From positions 29,177,532-29,241,531 of the forward strand of contig NC_068987.1 in the NCBI RefSeq assembly GCF_001194135.2: DNA of 64,000 nucleotides. Reading direction: 5' to 3'. The notes under the pieces are model-generated. The model made no database searches. It was not told where the DNA came from and saw only the letters and a list, made by a program, of their open reading frames with translations. Below, piece by piece: positions 37,132 through 48,174 of the stretch. A program made the position numbers and the translations under genes. This stretch comes from Octopus bimaculoides (Eukaryota). Position 1 is the first letter of the stretch; the number at the start of each line of letters is the position of its first letter.

Positions 37132-38810
37132 CATTATTATTATTGTTGTTGTTCCTGTTGTTCTTATTAAGCAGTTTTCCTTTGCAAACATGTTGATTGT
37201 TTCTATATAAAATATAATCAGGAAATATAGTAACGCACCACAATTAAAATTATCGGTGTCTTTAAATCAGGCATTCAGACTTATTAAAATGCGCCATTTA
37301 CGAGCGTCTACAAGAATATTGTATCTGTTTGATGAGTTGCTTTCACGGAGGTCAAATGGATACTCACCAACAGTTTAAATTTATTTTTAAATTTCAGTGC
37401 ATCAAATCTGTTATGTATAAGTTTAAGGAGAAGTACACGACAGTAACGGCAAGATATTACGTCGAACCGAAGCATAAATAACTACTGTGATCCTGTAACA
37501 AAATCATACTGATATTATAACGATATCATCTTGTTGCAAAATCATTACTGAGTCATTAAACTGGCTTGACTTGCAAAGAAAAATGGAATATTAAAATTTA
37601 TTGAATGTAAAATAAAAGCAAAAAATATGTTAGAAGTTAGTCTCATCATTAATTAATGCTTGATAAACGATGATAAACTATGATGAGCAGTGATAAACGA
37701 AAACCTCTTAAATCGTGAGTCTATTTAATAAAATCTATTTCACACTCCAATGATAGCATTTGATTTTATCTTTAAATTTATTCTCAGAAATCAGTCTACT
37801 ATCCAATTAGTTTAGATCTCATTATACTAACATTAAAGTAATACAGAATGCGTTCGCAGTAAGCCGTCTTATTCACTCCACGCATGAGGCAGCAAATACA
37901 AAACATATTTCTCATTCTTATCGTAGATATCAGTTCAATAACTGTACAGTTAGTGTTGTTTGAGTTGGTTAGTCTGGACTGTCAATATATTTCCTTATAA
38001 TTTTGTCTGCAGAGACTGCATAAAACCCAGTATCTATTCCAGAAGATAATATTTTCTTCTATGAAGTTAAAAATACGAATGCACATTGAAAGCCTCATCA
38101 TAAAAATGAGAGCAGCATATAGTGAAGAGTACTGCTGCATCAGTCAACAGAGATTTTATGTCGAAGATTCGTCAAGTGTTCTTTATCAAGTAGACCATTG
38201 TCCCATTATATGAAAGGATAATTGGCATGAAAACATGAAAAGCTTCGTGGATTCTTGAAAATCATTGCCAGCCAAAAAAACTTTTCTTTCGGCTCGACTA
38301 CATTCGGGAATATATATCATTGTAACAAAGGAAATTTAAAACAACTGCAATGGTTTGATTCTCCTGAATTTACTCAGGTGGTTGGGCAGCAAAAGTTGAC
38401 GATAAACTGAAATAGAAATACGACTAGAGACTTGGGCATACAGAAGCATGGTTTATTACAAATTATTTGCAATACTACGTAAATATTATAAATATAAATT
38501 TATATGTTGCTCTTCGGTTGGAAGCAAATGACTTTGGAACAGATTTAGATAAGCTGGGTATAATTAATTGAATATTGTATAAACTAAATACAACTCTAAA
38601 GAGCAATTATATTATTATATTATTCGAATCAGTACGGCTTTACGTTATGTACCACGAAGTTCCACCGAGACGAACATTGTGTCTTATCCATCTTGGGATC
38701 ATAAATTCAAGTAGCAAACAAATAATGGATTTGACCTAATAACAATAAGTTCGGCTTTATTTACATTATTTACATTTGACGGATATTTGTCATCATCTTG
38801 TTTGTTATTT

Positions 38811-38854
38811 ACACAACGTTTCGGCTGATATACCCTCCAGCCTTCATAGGTCTC
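38811..38854 (-). ncRNA. Minimal type I hammerhead ribozyme motif, degenerate (G5 deleted)
   Basis: Minus strand GAGAC-CT-ATGA-A-GGCTG-gagggtatat-CAGCC-GAA-ACGT-T-GTGT. Perfect 5-bp stem II; the core CUGAUGA lacks G5. Confidence 0.7.
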
Positions 38855-38901
38855 TTAGGGAAATATCGAACCAGGATTCTCATTCCTATGGTAATTTTCG
38901 A

Positions 38902-38938
<37 letters not shown>

Positions 38939-39074
38939 GTTGTTGTTGTTGTTGCCGTTCTTATTCAGGTCACGATACCTGAATAACAATAATAATAATA
39001 ATAATAATAATAATGATAATAATGACATCCAAAAATACTTTGGGAATGAGAACCCAGGTTCGAAATTTCCCCAA

Positions 39075-39119
39075 GACACCTGATAAAGCTGCAGAGTATA
39101 TCACCCGAAACGTTGTGTT
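39075..39119 (+). ncRNA. Minimal type I hammerhead ribozyme motif, degenerate (G8A, weakened stem II)
   Basis: GACAC-CTGATAA-AGCTG-cagagtatat-CACCC-GAA-ACGT-T-GTGTT. Stem I is GACAC/GTGTT, stem III is the palindrome ACGT, and the cleavage triplet is GUU (after 39114). Confidence 0.7.
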
Positions 39120-39546
39120 AACACCAAACAAGATGAAGACAAATATCCGTCAAATGTAAATAATGTAAATAATGTATATAATTCCTCATCTCTTAAATGC
39201 AGAACTGAATTTCGGCTTTGTTACAAGTATCAATATTGTTAAATATTAAAAGCACAAATTTGAGACAGGCTAACTAGACAGGGCAACTGGCGAAATGAGT
39301 CAGTGTCTCTGTATTTGCTGTCCCTTAGAAACAGGAATAATATCAGTTTATGTTGTAAAAATTCTATTTAATTAATTCATAAATATAGCCATCGAATGAA
39401 AACTAAACTAAACGCTTATAGTCATTAACCCGTTTGTGTTACTCTACTGAATTTGAATGAGAAAGTCCAGAACGGTATACCATTTGTAGTTAAATATCCC
39501 GAGTTCCCCGAAAAATACTAATCTCCGCTTGGTCCAAAGTTCTCAC

Positions 39547-39623
39547 CTGTGGCTTTAAGAAGAAATAACATAGGCAGCAGCCACATTCCAATGAATCAGG
39601 CGGGTGGATAGCCGTCTTCTAGT
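39547..39623 (-). CDS. Candidate first coding exon of an unidentified secreted or membrane protein (CDS 39586-39547, MWLLPMLFLLKAT + phase-1 G)
   Basis: TTTCAG acceptor, upstream in-frame TGA, ATG, 13 mostly hydrophobic codons, then ACAG|GTGAGA donor in phase 1. No confirmed downstream exons. Confidence 0.3.
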
Positions 39624-41977
39624 CTGAAACCCTCAGTAAGTCATGAAATGTATTCTATAATAGCAAAACTGACACTGATAAGGGCGGATAAGAACCAGAA
39701 TGGATGCCGTACCAAAAGGTTAGCTTTCAATGAATATTGTAAAACGCAAAAAGAAGAGCTAAACATATCAGCTTGATTATCCGCTACATATACCTCCATG
39801 CTTAATCGTCTTGACATTGCATTGCACTTGGAATAAATAAAACTTGAATGATAGAGTGATGTTGTATTGCTGAAGTTTCCTGTAGTTAAACTGAATGCAC
39901 GATCAAGTAATATTATAGTCTTAACATAATCACCACCCAGTGCAAACTATTTAAATGGAAACCTAAGATTGAATACGACATATGATATTATGACGCCTAA
40001 TGTTTTGCTAATATATTATATTTTAATTCATCGCTCCTCGCTGCGGTGAAATTATTTTGTTTATAATGTTTTCCGTTTTCAAACATATATTGAATGTTAC
40101 TGCGGAGTTTACCTTAAGCTATCAACCCACTCCTACTGTTTCCCTACCTCAAATGTGAAGATGATAGATAGCCTGTATAAGAAATCCTAATAAATTTAAT
40201 ACTTTAAAATGTGTTTAAGTTTAGTAAATAAATAATTGGATTTAACACGCAGACGTGACACACGACGCTGAAAATAAGTCAAGTTTCTCATCGTTCGAAT
40301 GTACCAGATATCACCTATCGTAAATAGATAAACCTTAGCTCATTACAAACTGAATTGTATTCTCTTACATTTATAGGGTTTTGACGTGTCAGGCAATTTT
40401 CACCAAGCAACACACTTTGAACAATTTACTGCAACTCCCAACAATCTCTTCTAGTTTTATTCAAATAAAGCTTCAACGAGAACAAATAGCACTGTTCTCG
40501 TCTATGGTGCAGGCAACAACTCTTCCGGCAACTGATTTCATCACTATTTAGATATTTCAGGAAAGTTTAACTACTATATACTTTAATATGAAAGAAAAAG
40601 GATAATCTAATTTTGTGGTGTTTCATTAATGAGCGTTATATAGTAAGCTAAACTCCATTGAAAATAGGAATTAGACAATTCTTTATAGCATATCAATAGT
40701 GAGATATAACTTCTGAAGCAATATCTTTGAAATTTTAATCGAAGTTCAGAGGGCCTGATAGGGCTAGGCGAAGCAATTTGTTGCATTGTGGTATCTCCAA
40801 AATCTAAGTATAGTATAAAACGAAACTAATTAACGGTGAAGTGCTCTCTACCTATCCACTCTTCCTCTCGCTTTCATCTTCTTTGTCACTCTCTAGTGCG
40901 GACAATATCTGCGCCTGGTACTTACACCTTTCTATACAGACAGTCATTGATATTTATGATGTCAACAGAGTTCTTCGATGTAAATTTAAAATGGTGACTT
41001 TTGAACGTGATTCAGAAAGGTATCAACATGACTAAATATTAATTATCTAAGCTTTAAAAACTAAATAAGAGGCAGATTAATCATCCGGAGTACCTTGAAA
41101 GTGAAGAAGGTAAAATCTTTTGCCAGCTAAGCATCCTTATACTGGAAACCTTTACACAGGTGTCAAGTTCGATTCCTACTAGAATCACCGGCCGCCACTC
41201 ACGTTTACTATTCTATCATAAAGTTTAACTACTGTCAAAGTGCTTTAATATTTGTTCAATGTTTGTACACAGTGACCAGTAAGCTGCCAGGAATCTAAGA
41301 CCATGAAGTGGTTCCGATCTCTGTTGGATGTTGCTTCACTTCCTTTAAACGAACTAAGTCGTTAGAAAAGACATAAAAATCCAAATTTCCATTACCAGTT
41401 TCGTAAATAATCGAAAGACTTTAGGCCAATACAAAAGAAAATGGTACTGAATTTATATTTTCTTTACATTAAATTTGAATGTTCTAATATTGAACAAATT
41501 ATCCTAAAGCTTAATTGCCTTAAGTAAGGCTGCATTTCGAAACAAGCAATTTAATCCAGCTCTAGACGCACAGAGATATCGGAGCTACAACTTGAATTTA
41601 ACATTATTCGGTAAAGCATTGTTATACATTTCTAAGGTTGTTTATAATCTTTGACGGTACCATTAAAACAGAAATCCATTCCCTCAAACAATAAAACCAT
41701 AAGAAAGTAGAAATAAATAGACCAGGCCTTGATTTATAAAGAAAACTTTGAGATAGTAATTCAATTATTATTATTATTATTTTTTTTTGTTGATCGAATG
41801 AAAATCATTTGCTATCTCTATATTAGGAATTATATTGTTCCTAATTACTAGAGTTTAATGATTTTGGTTGGCAAGCTGATATATAGACGTGAGAGCTTCG
41901 AGTGAATAATGTGGTCTCATCAATATATTTCCTGCAGTTCATGCTCTTTCAAACGCCATGAATATATATACATGCAT

Positions 41978-42032
<55 letters not shown>

Positions 42033-43547
42033 AGAATAGAGACAGCTGATGAAGGAATATTCCAAGTGGCTTTCCGTTTTCCTATGTGTTCGTTCCGTTG
42101 TCTGTAGTTCATTGTTTTAACGTCCTGTACCCTGATATGCATATATATATATATATATATACACATGTAGATGTAAGTATGTACANNNNNNNNNNNNNNN
42201 NNNNNNNNNNNNNNNNNNNNNNNNNNNNNNNNNNNNNNNNNNNNNNNNNNNNNNNNNNNNNNNNNNNNNNNNNNNNNNNNNNNNNNNNNNNNNNNNNNNN
42301 NNNNNNNNNNNNNNNNNNNNNNNNNNNNNNNNNNNNNNNNNNNNNNNNNNNNNNNNNNNNNNNNNNNNNNNNNNNNNNNNNNNNNNNNNNNNNNNNNNNN
42401 NNNNNNNNNNNNNNNNNNNNNNNNNNNNNNNNNNNNNNNNNNNNNNNNNNNNNNNNNNNNNNNNNNNNNNNNNNNNNNNNNNNNNNNNNNNNNNNNNNNN
42501 NNNNNNNNNNNNNNNNNNNNNNNNNNNNNNNNNNNNNNNNNNNNNNNNNNNNNNNNNNNNNNNNNNNNNNNNNNNNNNNNNNNNNNNNNNNNNNNNNNNN
42601 NNNNNNNNNNNNNNNNNNNNNNNNNNNNNNNNNNNNNNNNNNNNNNNNNNNNNNNNNNNNNNNNNNNNNNNNNNNNNNNNNNNNNNNNNNNNNNNNNNNN
42701 NNNNNNNNNNNNNNNNNNNNNNNNNNNNNNNNNNNNNNNNNNNNNNNNNNNNNNNNNNNNNNNNNNNNNNNNNNNNNNNNNNNNNNNNNNNNNNNNNNNN
42801 NNNNNNNNNNNNNNNNNNNNNNNNNNNNNNNNNNNNNNNNNNNNNNNNNNNNNNNNNNNNNNNNNNNNNNNNNNNNNNNNNNNNNNNNNNNNNNNNNNNN
42901 NNNNNNNNNNNNNNNNNNNNNNNNNNNNNNNNNNNNNNNNNNNNNNNNNNNNNNNNNNNNNNNNNNNNNNNNNNNNNNNNNNNNNNNNNNNNNNNNNNNN
43001 NNNNNNNNNNNNNNNNNNNNNNNNNNNNATATATATATATATATAAACATAATTAAGGGATCAGCAAACATTTGCTTTACCACATACCGAAGTTCAATAT
43101 TGCTTGTGCATTCCAAAACCGAGTTACCGATTTTGACATATGGGGTATAAAAAGATTCAGTACTATTTCGGCTACAAATTAAACTTAATTTCCATTCATA
43201 TATTTGCATTTCAAAAATTTAACATTATAATCTTTCCCATAAATCAACTATCGTAAACATTTTATACGATGACGTCATATTTTCAATATGTTTGTGTACC
43301 TTAAACGACATCAATAATCACGAGATACACCTTCAGTCACTTTCTTTCTCTCTGTCCTTTTCGCTTTCTTTTCCATCAATTTCTGCTCTCTTAAAATAAA
43401 TTTCTTCCGGAATGAGCGGGAAAAACACAACATGAGCCACCACAGCAGAATGGTGTCATTGTATGTGTTGACTGGCATAACATCATATCTTTTTGTTAAG
43501 CATAGTGTATCAAGGAGTATATTATCCAAAATTTATCTCTCCTTTAT

Positions 43548-43660
43548 AAGCGTGGTTGTGAGGTTGAGAAGCCTGCTTTTCAACCATGTCGCCTGGGTTC
43601 AGTCCCACTGTGCGGCACGTTGACCAATTCTCTTTCATTACAGCTCCGCGCCCACCATAG
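43548..43660 (+). mobile_element. SINE family C head fragment
   Basis: GCGTGGTTGTGAGGTTGAGAAGCCTGCTTTCAACCATGTCGCCTGGGTTCAGTCCCACTGTGCGGCAC. Confidence 0.75.
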
Positions 43661-44739
43661 CTTTCTGAATTATATAATTGCCATTAATGTATTGATATAT
43701 AAGATAACACATACAACTCACTTATCATTGTCATATAATAAACAAATAGAAGTTCGTGTATGAAATTGTTCTTTATTTTACTTCAACTATCACATGTTTT
43801 TCAATACACACATACAAGAGGAGTAAATCTATATATATAATAACACATTGAACGTGTCTCTCGAGAAAGAGTAAAAGTAATTACCCGATCAACTACGGGT
43901 ATTACTGTTAGTTTATTTTAAAATAGTCAGCCGCTTTGGAATTATTTGGAGCTTTGAATACAAATAAGCATTTCTACAACATTTACATATTCCTCGTTAT
44001 TCATTCCTTCGGTATCTGTTTGTATTTTACAATTCTCTCTATTGCCAGAATGCAGAACTACAAACTTCCTAATTGCTAAACGAATGATTTTCAGCATAAC
44101 AATTCACTAAAACAACTCTGGGGAAGAGTTTTTACGAGATAATGGAGTTTAGATCAACTAAGAATATATTTACCTTTTAATAGACTGTGAGAGTAGTATA
44201 TAGGTTGCTTGAATTTATAATTCGTTCGACAGACGGTGAATGCATGGTTTTACAATACAGGAAAATTACACAACTTGCATGTATTGGGTTGCTTTGAGAT
44301 CTTTCCTTCAGTTTTATTCAATAAAGAATTTTTATGACATCTTGCCATTCTACGAAACATAAAATAGTTGAAGAAGTTTCTTATATGCTTTTTGATGATT
44401 AAGCTAGCTTTACAAGAAAAGACGTTTTAAAATTTTATTAAACTTTGAAATTGACCTTAATTTAATTACTAAAAGTCAGATGACAAGCAATAATTTAATA
44501 CACATAAATCTTTTAGAAAAACCAGGAAAATTATTGGAATAAGAAATTTATGCAATATATTTCATATGAAATGATAAGGCGATGTAAATATCTAAGTGTA
44601 TTACAAAGATATTTTCCATCAAGCTGTTATTGCTAAAAATTCAATTTACGTATGGCCTACAATGCACTATTTTTATTTGTCTGTTACGTATAAGGTAAAA
44701 TTAACTTGAAAACTTTGTGTTCATACTACTAGCTTCTTT

Positions 44740-44742
<3 letters not shown>

Positions 44743-44814
<72 letters not shown>

Positions 44815-45017
44815 ATATATATATACTTAAACATGCATAATTATTTATATATACACACACATATATGTGTGTGTAAATATGTTTATATATATATAAATAT
44901 AAAGATACNNNNNNNNNNGTTTATATATATATAAATATAAAGATACATATATACATATATAAACATATGTATATATGCATATATATACATTCAAACAGGC
45001 TTTCAGATATGTATGTA

Positions 45018-45058
<41 letters not shown>
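44743..45058. repeat. (TA)n/(TG)n microsatellite field
   Basis: Read directly. Confidence 0.95.
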
Positions 45059-45061
<3 letters not shown>

Positions 45062-45329
45062 CATTTGTGGATATATTTCCTAATCTTATATTGAAATTAT
45101 TATTAAGAAATTGCACATATAGAAAACAATTGTTCTAAAACTTTTGCTATGACTTTTACAAATGAATGCCACGATGGAAGTGATTGAAGTAAATTATAAT
45201 TATATGCAGCTCGAACATACTCATGCACACAGACGCACATACTCATATTAGATGAGTGTGAAGGAAGGCAGTGTCTGAGATCGCCAAGATTGATGACGTT
45301 AACCTTCCACTTACACGTTTCAAACTGAC

Positions 45330-45520
45330 GGTTGAAGGAACGACATGCTCAGAGGATTATTTTCAGAGAACAGATATTCTGGGGGATGTTTGATGTTTAA
45401 AAGGGCTTTTGCAGTGCCAATGACTATGAGCAGAAGGAAAAGCAGACATAGCAAACATCACGTGTGTTGGATAGACGCTGTGGCTTGTCTGTCAGAAAAT
45501 TCATCTAAACCAACCAAACG
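45330..45520 (+). mobile_element. Possible RTE-like LINE ORF C-terminal remnant
   Basis: RRKSRHSKHHVCWIDAV resembles the terminal GKR.RGRP..RW.D.V motif. Weak. Confidence 0.25.
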
Positions 45521-45839
45521 ACTTATGATGTCTAAGAGACGTGTGTTTAACAGTAATGTGAGCAACATTAAAATAGTTGCTAACAAATTAATGAAGTAAA
45601 GCAAGAAATATTAATTACTTGAAAAATACAACTAGTAACATAAACAATCATTATCTAAACGTAGAGGAAGGCAGTGTCATGGTTTAAAAATCAATGAAAG
45701 CAACCGTAAATGTAATTAGTTAAAGTCAGTTAATTAGGAAATAGAGTGGGTAGTGCTATTGCTGTTTACCAGTCCCGTGACAGAAACATATTTGCACTTT
45801 CTGATCAGATCTTTTTATTAATAGATTGGTTACAAATGT

Positions 45840-46030
45840 TAGCATTGAACCATCAATTTTACATGTGGTCGAGGGATAAGTCGATTCAATCGACTATAGT
45901 GCGTCACTGATACAAATTTTATGCACCCTGAAAGGATGAAAACAAAGTCGGCCTCCGTTGCATTTGAACTTAGAATGTAGCTTCGGATGCATTTTGCACA
46001 GTATTCTAGCAAACATGTCAGCTCGTCGCC
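45840..46030 (-). mobile_element. SINE family B copy
   Basis: GATAAGTCGATTCAATCGAC..CCCTGAAAGGATGAAAACAAAGTCGGCCTC..ATTTGAACTTAGAATGTAG..CAGCTCGTCGCCTT. Confidence 0.8.
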
Positions 46031-46502
46031 TTTATCATTTACTGAATGATACTTCTTGTGACTAACGGTGTAATTCTAAGTAAATGAAGCAGATAAGTTA
46101 CTATTTTGTTTTCATGCAGCTGGCAACTTCAGGTAATTTCTTTAGCCTTGTCCTTTAGAATAATTAAAAGCCATGCACGTCGTTCACCTGGGAATGTTTA
46201 GCACTATAAAAGAGATTCATGACAAATGATAAGTGCGCTTGAAGAGAATTAATAAGCTTTGTTTTGTATGTGTGTGTTTGTGTGTTATTGTATGTATACG
46301 GTATGTGTGTGTGTGTGAATGAGTGTGTGTATGTGTGTACGTCTATTTATACATTAAATAATATACACACCCATAGAACTGATACATACGCCAATGAAAC
46401 TGTTCTAATACATGCCGAAGTGTCATGAAAAAATAATTTTTTCTGCTCTAATTTTTGTATTCTTCTGACTCTATTTACGAACAGATGATCGGGAGTGATT
46501 AT

Positions 46503-46504
<2 letters not shown>

Positions 46505-46591
<87 letters not shown>

Positions 46592-46633
46592 AGCAGCAGC
46601 AACAGCCCCAGCAGCAGCAGCAGNNNNNNNNNN

Positions 46634-46675
<42 letters not shown>

Positions 46676-46690
46676 CAGCAGCAACAGCCC

Positions 46691-46723
<33 letters not shown>

Positions 46724-46812
46724 TAGTAGTAGTAGTTATTGTTGCTATTATGTATGTATGGATAGATAGATAGACAGACAGACAGACACATAGATAATAG
46801 CGTGACCGACTG

Positions 46813-46885
<73 letters not shown>

Positions 46886-46976
46886 CGGATTGATTGATTG
46901 ATTGAGTGAGTGAGTGAGTGAGTGAGTGAGTGAGTGAGTGAGAGAATGAATGAGTGAGTGAGTGAGTGAGTGAGTG
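46505..46976. repeat. Compound microsatellite (AGT)n-(CAG)n-(AGT)n-(GATA/GACA)-(GATT)n-(GAGT)n
   Basis: Read directly; includes a 10-N gap at 46624-46633. Confidence 0.97.
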
Positions 46977-47036
46977 GTGTAAAGATTTTATATATTAAGT
47001 AAAAGAGGATAATCAGCATTTTCGACNNNNNNNNNN

Positions 47037-47972
47037 GAGGATAATCAACATTTTCGACACCCCCTGCCTTTGGCTTTTAATCAAGGTTCTAAGGCTGCAA
47101 AAGCTGCTTGCGACATTTGTGCAGTGTATGGAGAGGGAGCCATAGCTGAAAGAACTGCCCGTGATTGGTATGCCAAGTTCGAAAATGGGAATTTTGATCT
47201 CAATGACGCAGCACGTTCTGGCCGTCCAGTTGAGTTCGATGAAGATCGATTAAACCAACTTTTGCACGAATATTCTCGTCAAACGACAAGGGAACTATCA
47301 GAGAAATTAGAATGCTCCCATACTGCTATAGAGAAGCATCTTCAGTCGATGGAAAAGGTTCAGAAGTATGGAGCATGGGTTCCGCATGCTTTAAGTGACA
47401 ACAACAAAAATCAACGAGCCACAATCTCCGCAGGTTTGCTTGCTCGTCACCGCTCAACTTATGGACACAAGCAACGATTTCTTTACCGTATCGTTACTGG
47501 CGACAAAAAATGGTGCCTGTACATCAATATGAAGCAGAGTAAGGAATGGCTTAGCCTCGGTAAACAAGCGACACCATGTGTGAAGCAATATCTTCATCTG
47601 CGTAAAACGACGTTGTGCCTATGGTGGGACTGGGAAGGGATTATCCATTATGAATTGCTTGAACGAAACCAAACGTTCAACGTGGAACTCTATGTTCAAC
47701 AGCTGGAACTACTCAACACGGCTATTCTAGAGAAAAGACCTAATTGTCAGCATGGAGTTCTTCTGCCGCATGACAACGCCCGTTCTCATGTCGCCAATAT
47801 GACCAAGGAAGCCTTTCAAACGCATTGCTGGGAAGTGCTGCCACAACCGCCGTACTCTCATGATTTGGCACCAACGGATTTCCACCTTTTTCGATTTCTT
47901 TCAAATGTTATGCATGGAGATTCGTTCAATACTGATGCAGAATTGAGAGTTTGCTTGGATCAATTTTTTTAG
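47037..47972 (+). pseudogene. Mariner (DD34D) transposase pseudogene
   Basis: Open frame from the gap edge at 47037 to TAG 47970-47972. Contains RSGRP, AWVPHAL, IVTGDKKW, HDNARSH and PPYSHDLAPTDFHLF, with 34 residues counted between the 2nd and 3rd Asp. No ATG, an upstream in-frame TAA, a premature stop after DQFF and no visible TIRs. Confidence 0.95.
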
Positions 47973-48115
47973 TCAAAATCTCTTTGCCTACATATCCATT
48001 TACCTACCTNNNNNNNNNNNNNNNNNNNNNNNNNNNNNNNNNNNNNNNNNNNNNNNNNNNNNNNNNNNNNNNNNNNNNNNNNNNNNNNNNNNNNNNNNNN
48101 NNNNNNNNNNNNNNN

Positions 48116-48158
<43 letters not shown>

Positions 48159-48174
48159 ACAGCATACTAACAAA

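Larger units (their letters stand above)
38758..39175. repeat. ~415 bp inverted repeat of a hammerhead-bearing repeat unit
   Basis: 38758-38904 is the reverse complement of about 39025-39171 (about 21 differences in 150 nt, counted by eye). The centre is a perfect TTATTCAGGT-cacgat-ACCTGAATAA hairpin (38961-38986) flanked by (ATT/GTT)n and (AAT)n. Confidence 0.95.

Noticed and set aside
37367-37493. Minus-strand exon-like segment (TTACAG...TTG|GTGAGT)
   Set aside because: Stops in all frames; it cannot be supported even as a UTR exon without transcripts.
43311-43529. 72-aa minus-strand ORF with a hydrophobic-then-basic pattern
   Set aside because: The basic tail comes from a purine-rich low-complexity tract; there is no splice context or recognisable family.
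47005-47058. Direct repeats across short or long gaps (47005/47037, 44881/44919, about 46590/46660, about 14170/14630)
   Set aside because: Near-identical sequence on both sides of a gap is typical of unmerged contig or haplotype overlaps.
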